DNA from: Candidatus Latescibacterota bacterium
Lineage (GTDB): Bacteria > Latescibacterota > UBA2968
Assembly (NCBI GenBank): GCA_965116885.1
Contig: OZ220741.1
Location: forward strand, 4,256,001-4,320,000
Direction: 5' to 3'
DNA: 64,000 nt
A program made the position numbers and the translations under genes. The notes below the pieces were generated by a model, which did not search any database, was not told where the DNA came from, and saw nothing but the letters and a program-made list of their open reading frames with translations. Position 1 is the first letter of the stretch, and every line of letters starts with the position of its first letter. Positions 9,354 through 18,862 of the stretch are shown here, piece by piece.

Positions 9354-10181
9354 ATGAGAACAAAATCGGAAACCAGTGTAATACACCGCGTCACGCGATA
9401 TGATGGCTCTACGGGCAAATCCGCGGATGATGTACTCGTCGTAGAGGAACCACTTGAAATTCGCGTTGCCGGAGAATCCGTTGCCGTGACCATGCGAACG
9501 CCGGGAGCGGACCGCGCCCTTGCGCTGGGATTTCTGTATGGTGAGGGCATCATCCGTGAAATCCGCGATATCGGGCGTGCAGAACACTGTGGGCGCCCGG
9601 GGACTCCTGAGTATGGAAATGTGATCGATGTTCTCCCTCGCCCGGGCGAGATGCTTGACCCCGAAAGGATTCGGGCGGGACGAAGAGGCACACTGACTTC
9701 ATCGGCGTGCGGGGTATGTGGGCGCGAGCAGATCGAAGATATGATGCAACGGTGCCAACCCATTGGCGACGCCCGTGCCGTTCAAGCGGCAATGATTTTT
9801 TTTGCACAGGAGCAAATGCGTCAATCTCAATATGTGTTTGCACAAACAGGGGGCGTTCATGCTGCTGCCGCATTTTCTGAAACAGGGGATATGTATTGCT
9901 GTTTTGAAGATATTGGCCGGCACAATGCAGTAGATAAGGTTGTGGGGCATTTGCTCGAAACGCATAACATAGTAGAAGGGGAGGGAGTTCAGATACTCGC
10001 GGTGAGCAGCAGAGCGAGTTTTGAAATCGTACAAAAGGCCGTTGTTGCACGCATACCTGTCGTGGTTGCCGTATCTGCGGCGAGTTCATTGGCAGCAGAT
10101 CTCGCACAGGCGATGGGAATAACTCTTATTGGCTTTGCGCGCGGCAACAGGATGGTCATTTATACAGGGACTGTGCAATAG
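9354..10181 (+). CDS. fdhD: Formate dehydrogenase accessory sulfurtransferase
   Basis: EEPLEI, TMRTPG, SSACGVCG, TGGVHAAA, EDIGRHNAVDK, SSRASFE; GAGG RBS before ATG 9354. Confidence 0.95.
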   Translation: MRTKSETSVIHRVTRYDGSTGKSADDVLVVEEPLEIRVAGESVAVTMRTPGADRALALGFLYGEGIIREIRDIGRAEHCGRPGTPEYGNVIDVLPRPGEMLDPERIRAGRRGTLTSSACGVCGREQIEDMMQRCQPIGDARAVQAAMIFFAQEQMRQSQYVFAQTGGVHAAAAFSETGDMYCCFEDIGRHNAVDKVVGHLLETHNIVEGEGVQILAVSSRASFEIVQKAVVARIPVVVAVSAASSLAADLAQAMGITLIGFARGNRMVIYTGTVQ

Positions 10182-10212
10182 GGTGGGGAAGAAGGTCTCG
10201 CATCCCTCTATA

Positions 10213-10240
10213 AGCGGTTGGGCCAATTGGCCCAACCGCT
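10213..10240. repeat. 28-bp perfect palindrome
   Basis: AGCGGTTGGGCCAATTGGCCCAACCGCT equals its own reverse complement. Confidence 0.95.
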
Positions 10241-10256
10241 AAATTTTGCCGTCTAT

Positions 10257-10272
10257 GGGAACACTATTTGCA
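10257..10272 (+). promoter_or_regulatory. Possible sigma-54 promoter for the transporter operon
   Basis: GGGAACA-CTAT-TTGCA: GG-N10-GC spacing with a canonical -12 box and an imperfect -24 box. Confidence 0.45.
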
Positions 10273-10318
10273 AATTTCAGGTCTAATCGTTGGCAAAGGT
10301 AAATGAGGAGCCATACGG

Positions 10319-11212
10319 ATGATCATTCGGATTTCAAACCTGACAAAAATATATCGCCGTGGCGCGGTTCCCGCCCTGGATGATGTCACATTGACCATTC
10401 CTCACGGAACATTTGGTCTGCTGGGACCCAATGGTGCGGGCAAGACAACGCTGATTAAAATTTTATCGACTCAGATGGACGCATCGAGCGGCAACGTGAC
10501 CATGGATGAGTTTGACCTCGTAAAAGACCGCACAGAAATTCGCCGGCGCCTGGGATATTTGCCCCAGCACTTTGGGACGTATCCGCAATTGACGGCCTGG
10601 GAATTTCTCGATTATATGGCTGTTTTGGGCGGCATGCATAATAGAAGTTCGCGTTTGAATCGCGTGGAGCAAGCTCTAAACGAAGTCGGCTTGTACGAAG
10701 CGCGCAATCGGCGTTCGGGCACATTTTCCGGTGGCATGATGCGCCGCCTTGGTATTGCACAAACCATTTTGACCGATCCAGAGTTTCTCATTGTCGATGA
10801 ACCCACCGTAGGACTCGACCCGGAAGAGCGCATCCGATTCCGGGGGATTTTGGGACGCTTGAGCAGCGATCGTGCAATTTTGATTTCCACGCATATTGTG
10901 GGCGACATTTCAAGCACCTGTGAAGATCTTGCGGTTTTGGATACCGGCCGGCTGATCTTTCGCGGTTCTCCCGGAGAACTCATTTCAAAAGCCGATGGCA
11001 AAACGTGGGAAGTACAGGTTGATGACGCTGGCTTTGAAATGCTGTCGCGTGTGTTTCGCGTGGTCACAGTAAATGTTGAGGGCGACATGATGCGTTTGCG
11101 TATGGTGGGCGATGGCGAGCCACCCGCTGATGCCGAAGCAGTCGCGCCCAATCTCGAAGATGCCTATGTCTATTTTGTCGGAGGCGATACCACAGGCGAA
11201 ATTGCCGCTTAA
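10319..11212 (+). CDS. ABC-2 type transporter ATP-binding protein
   Basis: GPNGAGKTT, GYLPQ, FSGGM, VDEPTVGLDP, STH, LEDAY. Confidence 0.95.
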   Translation: MIIRISNLTKIYRRGAVPALDDVTLTIPHGTFGLLGPNGAGKTTLIKILSTQMDASSGNVTMDEFDLVKDRTEIRRRLGYLPQHFGTYPQLTAWEFLDYMAVLGGMHNRSSRLNRVEQALNEVGLYEARNRRSGTFSGGMMRRLGIAQTILTDPEFLIVDEPTVGLDPEERIRFRGILGRLSSDRAILISTHIVGDISSTCEDLAVLDTGRLIFRGSPGELISKADGKTWEVQVDDAGFEMLSRVFRVVTVNVEGDMMRLRMVGDGEPPADAEAVAPNLEDAYVYFVGGDTTGEIAA

Positions 11213-11226
11213 AGGATTAATACACT

Positions 11227-14200
11227 ATGCTATCTATTTTTTACAATGTATGGGGCGTTGCGCGTTATGAGCGCAAAATGCTCTTGAGAACCACAAAATT
11301 CCGTATTTTGGGCGGCCTGGGTATGAGTATTCCCGTTTTGCTCGGCATCGGCTTTGCCATAGCAGAGGCCAACGGTGCTGAGCTACCTGTGGGCATTGAT
11401 TCTTATGTTCCATTTTTGGTGTACAGTTTCTTACAGACTATTGTCATTGCATTTATTGTGGGGGATTTTAGAGCAGCGGATGAACAGGCACATATTTACG
11501 AAGTTGTAGCCGGGCGTCCCATTTCAACTGCGGAGCTGGTTGCGGGTAAGTATCTGGGCATTGTTAGTGCGCTTATCTTTTTGAGCCTGGGCGTTCTACT
11601 TTTAACCCTGAGTATCCAGGCTGCAAAAATCAGCATGACGGGTAATCCATTTACAATAAAACCCTATATCAGCTACCTCGTGCTCATGAACCTGCCCGCC
11701 CTGATTTTTATGTCTTCTGTAACATTTTTCCTGGGTGCAGTGTTGCGACGACAAGCGGCAGTTGCTCTGATAGTGATCGGATATTTGCTGGCCGTCCTGT
11801 TATTCCTCGGCAGGCGATATGACGGCATCTACGACTTTGGTGCTTTTTTTACGCCTCTGTATTATTCCGACCTGATTGGTCTGGCAGATATTACGCAAGT
11901 GGGACTACAACGCCTGTTTTACATCTTACTCGGCATTGGATTTTTTGGCTTTTCAATTGATTGGTATCCCCGTCTTGCACATTCCATAGTCGCGCGGTGG
12001 TTTGGCCGAGGATGCGCGCTGACCGGTTTTGGTCTGGCTGTGGGCCTTTACTTTTATATGGATGCAGACGCGCAAGACGGGAAAGCGTATCGCACCTCGT
12101 TGTTAGAGCAACAGGAAGCAGTTGCGAATATTTCCGTCGCGGAAATAACCCATTACGATCTGGCATTGACGCTTTTGGGAGAGGAGCCGCTTGCTGCCTC
12201 AGGTACGATTAGATTGAAAAATCCCCACGAAGCGCCACTCGATACGCTGATTCTTTTGCTCAATCCCGGATTTAAAATCCAGAGTCTGATGCGCGGCGAT
12301 GGCGGCACAATAGCGTGGGAGCGGATGGGAAGTGTGATCCGCGTCGTGCCCGACAACCCTCTGCAATCGGAGCAAGCACTCGATCTGACATTGGCTTATG
12401 CGGGTGATATTAACACAGATGGTTTTGATCTCCAACGAGAAAAAGCCAGACCAAAGTTACGCAAACGCGAAGGGCCATTTGGTATATTTAATAAGGGCTC
12501 TTTGACGGCGTGGATTCGCGACAATTCCATCTTTTTGCCTCCGCGCAGCCGATGGTATCCCGTAACGGGCGTTGATTACGGCTATGAAGATGCGCGTGCG
12601 GTCTCTTTTTCAACGGCAAATTTGCAAATAACATATCCGCAAGGCATCGAAGTCATTACTCAGGGGCAGGTAGGCGAGGCTGATACGCTCGGCACACAGA
12701 TAACGCGCCAATGGATCGTCGAAAAACCCGTGCCCGTCCTGTCGCTAAATGCAGGCGAATATCGCGTTTATCGCGCGACCATTCACGACGTCGAATGCGC
12801 CCTTTACGCCCATCCATCCCATCTGCGTCCGGTCCGATTTTTTGAAGGTGCCGAAGAAGAGATTTTGCGTGCGCTTGAGCAAATCATGGACGCAATGGAA
12901 CAAGAATCGGGCATGAAATATCCCTATCCCAGTCTTTCTTTAGTAGAAATCCCCTTCCATGTTCAATGGTATTACGAAGGCTGGGAAGAAAAGGGCGGGT
13001 TGACACAGCCCGGCGTGTTGATGATTGAAGAGGATGTGTTCATGAGGCAGCAATTTACCCGAGATTTTAAGCGTTCTCAAGAGCGCTCACGCGGCAATCG
13101 TGAACCCAAAGATATTAAAAAAGATCTTTTGGTACGCGCTGTTTTTTCGACCTTTTTTTCCAGAGAAGGAAATTCGGGTAGGCAGGGACAACCCGGTGGG
13201 TTATTTCGCAGCCCTGTTGTTCAACTCTGGGCTTATGACAAGCAGTTTGTGGGCGAACATCATTCCCTTCTCAAAAAGGGCATGCCCCTGTATCTCCAAA
13301 ATGATTTGAGTTCCAATATGACCTCTGCTTTTTATTCGAGCCAACGACGCGGTGGTGGTGGCGATAGGGGGCGTGGCGGTCGCGATGGTCCCGGTGGGCG
13401 CGGTGGTCCCGGTGGGCGCTTCGGGTCGGGCGGGGGATCGGGTGCTGCCTGGGATACGTTAATTGCGAAAATGCAGCGAAAGTCGTTTGCCGATTTGAAT
13501 CCCGAAAAGCAAGCCGGCCTCTATCGCCAGGTTCTCGACGCCAAGGGGCCCGCACTTTTTCAAATGATGGAATCTTTTTTGGGGGAGGAAACATTTCGCA
13601 CGGTCTTAGACGACATAGACCACAATCACAAATACGAAAACATTGATTTTTCGACCTTTGAACGCGCTGCTGTGGGCGATACCACAGAAAGTGCAGAGAG
13701 CCAAAAATTGCAACGCCTCGTCAACGACTGGATTTTCAGTACAGAAATCCCGGGCTATACTCTTACAAGGGTAAAAGCCCTGAAAATGGACGACGGATTT
13801 GGAATGGTGGTCTATCAATTGATTCTGAGAATTAAGAATAGCGAACCGGGCAGGGGATATGTGCAAATTACGGCTACGGGGCGAGGCGATGAAGCCCTGA
13901 AGGGCGTAGAGATTGAAGGCGGACAGGAAATTGAAGTGTCGATGGTCTTGTGGGAACAGCCCTTCAGGGTGATGGTCGAACCCTTTTTTGCACGCAATCG
14001 ACGACCTCTTATGTCACCCGTGCGCGTTCCCGAAGATGTCACAGAGGGATTTCCGGTCGCTTATGTCAAAGACGTGACGGGCGAAGAGTCTGGTCCTGTT
14101 GAGATTATTGTAGATAATGACGACGATGAATTTTCTATGCCCGTGCGACGTGCAACGCGCTACTTCCGTCCGGGACTCAAAGGCGGCAACTGGCGCGAAC

Positions 14201-14715
14201 AAGGCCTGCCAATGGCTTTCGGACGATTTGAGACAAATTATCGAAGAAAGTCTCAAGGGGATGGTGCACAGCCTGCGGTTTGGGCAGCGCAAATGCCCAG
14301 AGACGGCGAGTTTGATGTAAGTTTCTATTTTGTCGATCCCGCAATGGCCAGGCGCATTCGAATTGCATCGACCTTTACACTCACGGTTTTTCACGGGGGC
14401 AAAGCCGATACACTCGAAATAGAACGCGACCAGATGAAAGCGGGATGGAATTATCTGGGGCGATACAAATTTACCGAGGGCGAAGAAGCCGCAGTCGAAT
14501 TGTCTGACCGCGCGGAAGGGCGAGGGGGGCTCTATGCCGATGCCGTGCGATGGCGCTTTTTTGATCCGGAAAACCCCGATGCCTACGAAGATGAAATGCC
14601 CACCTTTACTGGGCGCGGCAGAGGTGGACCAGGTGGTGGGCCTGGGGGGCGCGGCGGGGATGGTAGGCGAGGTCCCGGTGGTAACAGAGGTGGCGGCGGG
14701 TTTTTGGGCTTTTAA
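11227..14715 (+). CDS. ABC-2 permease fused to an M1-aminopeptidase-like domain lacking HExxH and a C-terminal golvesin/CBM-like domain
   Basis: About 7 N-terminal TM segments; ITHYDL, SRWYP, YPYP.LSLVE, KGP.LF; tail IIVDNDD...GWNYLG.Y.F...ADAVRW; two RGG-rich tracts. Confidence 0.75.
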   Translation: MLSIFYNVWGVARYERKMLLRTTKFRILGGLGMSIPVLLGIGFAIAEANGAELPVGIDSYVPFLVYSFLQTIVIAFIVGDFRAADEQAHIYEVVAGRPISTAELVAGKYLGIVSALIFLSLGVLLLTLSIQAAKISMTGNPFTIKPYISYLVLMNLPALIFMSSVTFFLGAVLRRQAAVALIVIGYLLAVLLFLGRRYDGIYDFGAFFTPLYYSDLIGLADITQVGLQRLFYILLGIGFFGFSIDWYPRLAHSIVARWFGRGCALTGFGLAVGLYFYMDADAQDGKAYRTSLLEQQEAVANISVAEITHYDLALTLLGEEPLAASGTIRLKNPHEAPLDTLILLLNPGFKIQSLMRGDGGTIAWERMGSVIRVVPDNPLQSEQALDLTLAYAGDINTDGFDLQREKARPKLRKREGPFGIFNKGSLTAWIRDNSIFLPPRSRWYPVTGVDYGYEDARAVSFSTANLQITYPQGIEVITQGQVGEADTLGTQITRQWIVEKPVPVLSLNAGEYRVYRATIHDVECALYAHPSHLRPVRFFEGAEEEILRALEQIMDAMEQESGMKYPYPSLSLVEIPFHVQWYYEGWEEKGGLTQPGVLMIEEDVFMRQQFTRDFKRSQERSRGNREPKDIKKDLLVRAVFSTFFSREGNSGRQGQPGGLFRSPVVQLWAYDKQFVGEHHSLLKKGMPLYLQNDLSSNMTSAFYSSQRRGGGGDRGRGGRDGPGGRGGPGGRFGSGGGSGAAWDTLIAKMQRKSFADLNPEKQAGLYRQVLDAKGPALFQMMESFLGEETFRTVLDDIDHNHKYENIDFSTFERAAVGDTTESAESQKLQRLVNDWIFSTEIPGYTLTRVKALKMDDGFGMVVYQLILRIKNSEPGRGYVQITATGRGDEALKGVEIEGGQEIEVSMVLWEQPFRVMVEPFFARNRRPLMSPVRVPEDVTEGFPVAYVKDVTGEESGPVEIIVDNDDDEFSMPVRRATRYFRPGLKGGNWREQGLPMAFGRFETNYRRKSQGDGAQPAVWAAQMPRDGEFDVSFYFVDPAMARRIRIASTFTLTVFHGGKADTLEIERDQMKAGWNYLGRYKFTEGEEAAVELSDRAEGRGGLYADAVRWRFFDPENPDAYEDEMPTFTGRGRGGPGGGPGGRGGDGRRGPGGNRGGGGFLGF

Positions 14716-14732
14716 TTTAAGGGAGGCTGGAC

Positions 14733-15800
14733 GTGAAGTTTGATTTTTGCTCAAAATTTCTGTTGGCAATTGTCCTTTGTGGGATAGTCGCCTGCGATCA
14801 ACAGGCGGAACAGCGCACAGTTGATCTGACGGTCCCCGTTACTGTTCAATCCGTAGAGACGGGAACAATAGAATCCATTGTGACAGCTACCGGAACACTC
14901 AGGCCCGTGCGCGAAGCCCAGATTACAACGGAGATTCGGGGAAGTCTGTACTGGAGCAAAGGGGGTAACAACCGCTTGCTCGCCAAAGGATCAGAGGTTA
15001 GAAGGGGGCAGACTATAGCCAGGCTCGACAGCGATGAATGGGTTGTTGGGGCGCGGGTGGAAGCGCGCAAACTGGCGGTTGAAACAGCCAAGCGAACGCT
15101 AAAAGAACAGGAAACCCTGTTTAGCCGACAACTTTCAACGGAAATGGCCGTTGAAAGTGCGCGTAGAGCCTGGGCCGATGCAGAAGCCAATTATCAGGAT
15201 GCCCTCATCAAGATCGATAAAACTAAGCTTTTAGCCCCCATTCAGGGCGTGCTATCGGAACTCGCGGATATTACGCAGGGAACGCTGGTGACTCCGAATA
15301 CCGCAATTGCGAAAATTATGGATTATTCACAGGTATTTGTCGATCTGAAAATCCCCAATGCCCAGATTATTAATGTGGAATTAGGCCAGGGTATCCGCGT
15401 GAGCAATTACGCTTTGCCCGAAGAAGTTTTTGAGGGCGAAATTGTCGAGATGGATCCGGCTATTGATCCGGTCACGCGCACGGTTCAGGTCGTCGGAATG
15501 GTCGATAATCCCGACTTGCTGTTGCGGGCGGGGATGTTTGTCAAAACAGAAATAGTCACGGAATCGCGGCAAAATGTCGTACTTATTACGCGCAATCTCG
15601 TTTTGCGGCGGCGAAATCAGAAGGTCGTTTTCGTCGAAGAAGAAGGCCGCGCACAACAACGCGAAGTCGAAACAGGTCTGGAAGACCGAGACCGCGTGGA
15701 AATTGTGGTAGGACTTGAACCAGGTGAACAGTTGATCACGAGCAATTACGAAACGCTGAGGCCGCGAACTCGAGTGCGGGTCACGGGAGATAGACGATGA
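14733..15800 (+). CDS. RND efflux periplasmic adaptor (MFP), probable lipoprotein
   Basis: Lipobox-like IVAC; G..V..GQ.IARLD, APIQG, IDPVTRT, LRAGMF. Confidence 0.93.
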   Translation: MKFDFCSKFLLAIVLCGIVACDQQAEQRTVDLTVPVTVQSVETGTIESIVTATGTLRPVREAQITTEIRGSLYWSKGGNNRLLAKGSEVRRGQTIARLDSDEWVVGARVEARKLAVETAKRTLKEQETLFSRQLSTEMAVESARRAWADAEANYQDALIKIDKTKLLAPIQGVLSELADITQGTLVTPNTAIAKIMDYSQVFVDLKIPNAQIINVELGQGIRVSNYALPEEVFEGEIVEMDPAIDPVTRTVQVVGMVDNPDLLLRAGMFVKTEIVTESRQNVVLITRNLVLRRRNQKVVFVEEEGRAQQREVETGLEDRDRVEIVVGLEPGEQLITSNYETLRPRTRVRVTGDRR

Positions 15801-18800
15801 ATTTGCCTGAATTTTCAACGCGATATCCCGTGACAATTGCCATGGCGACCCTCGCAGTAGTGTTGCTTGGCTGGATATCGCTGGACGGTTTGGGCACTGA
15901 TCTCTTGCCGGATCTTCAGACGCCAGTCGTCACCATAGACCTGACAGCACCGGGCAAATCGCCTGTCGAGATCGAAGAAAACTATACGCGTCGCCTCGAA
16001 CGCGATGTGAGCACGATTAACGGCGTCAAGCGCGTCTATTCGATTACCCGTTCAGGACAGGCCGTGGTCATTGCAGAATTTGCCTGGGATGCGGACATGG
16101 ATTACGGGTTGCTCGACGTGCAAAAAAGAGTGGGGCGCTATGCGGTCAATGAAGATGTATCACAGTTGGATGTGACGCGCGAAGATCCGCTCTCGCTTGC
16201 GGTGATGCGCATTGCGATTACAGCAGACGAAAACGCGGAACTCGACGCATTGATGGGTACGGTAGAGTTGTTGATCAAACCCAAATTGGAAGCCCTCGAC
16301 GGCGTGGCGTCTGCCGAGGTGGAAGGGGGAGCGGAAAAGGAAGTGCGCGTTACACTCGATCCTTATTTGCTCGAAGCGTTTGGGCTTTCATCCGATGCGG
16401 TCATCAATCGCATCGCACAAGCAAATGCCGATGTATCCGGAGGTACGCTCAGAGAAAATCAGCAGTCGTATCTGGTCAAAGCCCTCGGTCGCTTAGATGA
16501 CATAAACGATGTGCGGGAAGTCATCGTGGGAGAAAGGCGCGGGGGAGGGGGCACAGTTTCTGGCGATCGCGTGCCGGTACGCGTGCGCAACGTGGGCACG
16601 GTTGACCTGGAATATCAAGAGCGAGAAACCATTGTGCGCCTCGACGGACGGGAATGCGTTGGCCTCGCTATTTACAAAGAAGCCGGCAGCAATACAGTCG
16701 CCGTGGTCAATACGGTATTGGATGCGATAGACGATATCGAAGCAGACCTGAGCGGCATGCACTTCACAACCGTCGAAAACCAGGCGCGATTTGTCGAAGA
16801 CGCCATAGGAGAAGTCGAAACATCTGCCATTCACGGGGCATTTTTGGCGATTCTCGTGCTTTTGATCGCGTTGCGGAGCTGGACAGTGACGCTGGTGATC
16901 GGGTTGGCAATCCCCATTTCCGTATTGGCGACATTCACGCTTATGTACTTTGAGGGTTTGACCCTGAATATTATGACACTGGGTGGATTGGCTCTGGGCG
17001 CGGGCATGCTCGTTGACAATGCCATTGTGGTCATTGAAAATATTTATCGCCATCTCGAAAGCGGCGAGGATGCGCGCACAGCGTCGAGCCGCGGTGCCTC
17101 TGAAGTCGGCGTGGCAATTTTGGCTTCAACGCTGACGACCGTGGCTGTCTTCTTGCCCATTGTCTATTTGCAGGGGCTGGCGGGCAAACTCTTTGTGGAT
17201 CAGGCATGGACAGTTGCATTTTCTCTGTTGTCTTCTCTGGTTGTGGCAATGACGACGATTCCGATGCTGACATCGCGCATCTTTAGACGGTTGAATACGA
17301 CGCACAAAACGACTGTTCGGTCGGACAAATACTATCGGTTTCTCAATGGTATTTTGAACCGCAAACTCATCATGCTCGGCGTCGTATTGCTCATTCTGGG
17401 CGGAACCGGGTATATCGCCCGCGAGTTGCAGACCGAATTTATCCCGCGCGAAGATCAAGGGCTATTCCAAATTGACCTCACATTGTCCGAAGGCTCGCGT
17501 GTGGAACTGAGCGATCAGGTCGCCCTGCACGTCAAAGAGATTGTCGAAAGCGTTGGCGGGAGCGATGTGGCGCATGTGTACGCGCTGACCGGCCTCAACC
17601 CCGCTCGGATATCGACCGGAGGCGAACCGACGGGTCCCAATCGCGCGACTCTATCGGTGGCGTTGCACACACAGCGGTCGCGCAGCGTCAGCGAATTGGT
17701 GCGCGACCTGGATCCCATTTTAAGTGCCATGCCCGATATCGAAGTGAAATACAAGCTGCACGAAACCGCGCTTGAAGGCGTGATGGGAGGACAAGAAGCA
17801 CCCATTCAGGTCGAAGTGTCCGGGGAAAATCTCGATATTTTGGCGCGTATCACCAAAGAACTTCAGGCGAGGATCGAGGGTCTTCCCTCGGTGTATAATG
17901 TGCGCACGAGTTTTCAGGGCGGGCAGCCAGAAGTCGATCTGGCGATTCGCGATGAGGTAGCGGCGGCATTCGGATTGACCACCCAGACCATCAGCCGCAC
18001 ATTGGAAAGACAACTATCCGGTGAAGTTGCTGGCGAACTATCTAAAGACCAGCGCACGCGGGATATCCGGGTAAAATATCGAGATATTGATCTGCGCGAA
18101 CTCCACACCATGCAAATCGAAGGAACAGATGGCGCGATCCTGACGTTGGGGGATATTGCCGAGCTCAATATTATTGAAGGTCCCCGCGAAATTTTGAGAG
18201 AAGATCAGCGTCGCGTAGGGCGCATTACGGGATATCTCACAGAAGGACGCATTTTAAGTGAAGCCGTTGCCGACGTACGCGCCACCATGCAGGAAGTGGT
18301 TGTGCCGTCGGGGTATCGCGTTGAAATTGGCGGGGAAGAGCGCGAACGTGCAGCGTCATTTGAAAGTCTCAAATTCGCACTTCTGCTTTCGATTGTGCTG
18401 GTCTATATGGTTATGGCGTCGCTATTTGAATCCACGCTCCATCCATTCACAGTCATGTTTTCCGTTCCATTAGCCGGCGTCGGCGTGATATTTGGATTCT
18501 ATCTTTTAGGTGAACCGCTCAGTGTGATGGCTTATATCGGCATCATTATGCTGGGCGGTATTGCGGTCAACGATGCGATCATTCTCGTGGATCGCATCAA
18601 CCAGCTCAGGCAAGCTAGCCTGACGTTGCGAGAAGCGATCCTACAGGGCGGTCAGGACCGCTTGCGCCCCATTATGATGACGAGTGCGACGACCATTCTC
18701 GCCCTGCTGCCCATGGCACTCGGTTTTGGCGAGGGGGCAAAATTGCGCGCACCGATGGCTATAGCCGTCATTGCTGGCCTCGTAACATCGACATTGATGA

Positions 18801-18862
18801 CCTTACTCGTAATACCCACCATGTATGAACTGGTTGACCGACTTCGGAGGAAATCCGCGTGA
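15797..18862 (+). CDS. RND transporter permease (AcrB/SwrC-like)
   Basis: GMLVDNAIVVIENI, ASTLTT, ASLFES, RLRPIMMT; 1021 aa. Confidence 0.95.
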   Translation: MNLPEFSTRYPVTIAMATLAVVLLGWISLDGLGTDLLPDLQTPVVTIDLTAPGKSPVEIEENYTRRLERDVSTINGVKRVYSITRSGQAVVIAEFAWDADMDYGLLDVQKRVGRYAVNEDVSQLDVTREDPLSLAVMRIAITADENAELDALMGTVELLIKPKLEALDGVASAEVEGGAEKEVRVTLDPYLLEAFGLSSDAVINRIAQANADVSGGTLRENQQSYLVKALGRLDDINDVREVIVGERRGGGGTVSGDRVPVRVRNVGTVDLEYQERETIVRLDGRECVGLAIYKEAGSNTVAVVNTVLDAIDDIEADLSGMHFTTVENQARFVEDAIGEVETSAIHGAFLAILVLLIALRSWTVTLVIGLAIPISVLATFTLMYFEGLTLNIMTLGGLALGAGMLVDNAIVVIENIYRHLESGEDARTASSRGASEVGVAILASTLTTVAVFLPIVYLQGLAGKLFVDQAWTVAFSLLSSLVVAMTTIPMLTSRIFRRLNTTHKTTVRSDKYYRFLNGILNRKLIMLGVVLLILGGTGYIARELQTEFIPREDQGLFQIDLTLSEGSRVELSDQVALHVKEIVESVGGSDVAHVYALTGLNPARISTGGEPTGPNRATLSVALHTQRSRSVSELVRDLDPILSAMPDIEVKYKLHETALEGVMGGQEAPIQVEVSGENLDILARITKELQARIEGLPSVYNVRTSFQGGQPEVDLAIRDEVAAAFGLTTQTISRTLERQLSGEVAGELSKDQRTRDIRVKYRDIDLRELHTMQIEGTDGAILTLGDIAELNIIEGPREILREDQRRVGRITGYLTEGRILSEAVADVRATMQEVVVPSGYRVEIGGEERERAASFESLKFALLLSIVLVYMVMASLFESTLHPFTVMFSVPLAGVGVIFGFYLLGEPLSVMAYIGIIMLGGIAVNDAIILVDRINQLRQASLTLREAILQGGQDRLRPIMMTSATTILALLPMALGFGEGAKLRAPMAIAVIAGLVTSTLMTLLVIPTMYELVDRLRRKSA

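Noticed and set aside
14014..14769. 251-aa antisense ORF, and similar shadow ORFs such as 18928-19803 and 26671-27390
   Set aside because: They lie opposite well-supported genes and have no motifs or RBS.
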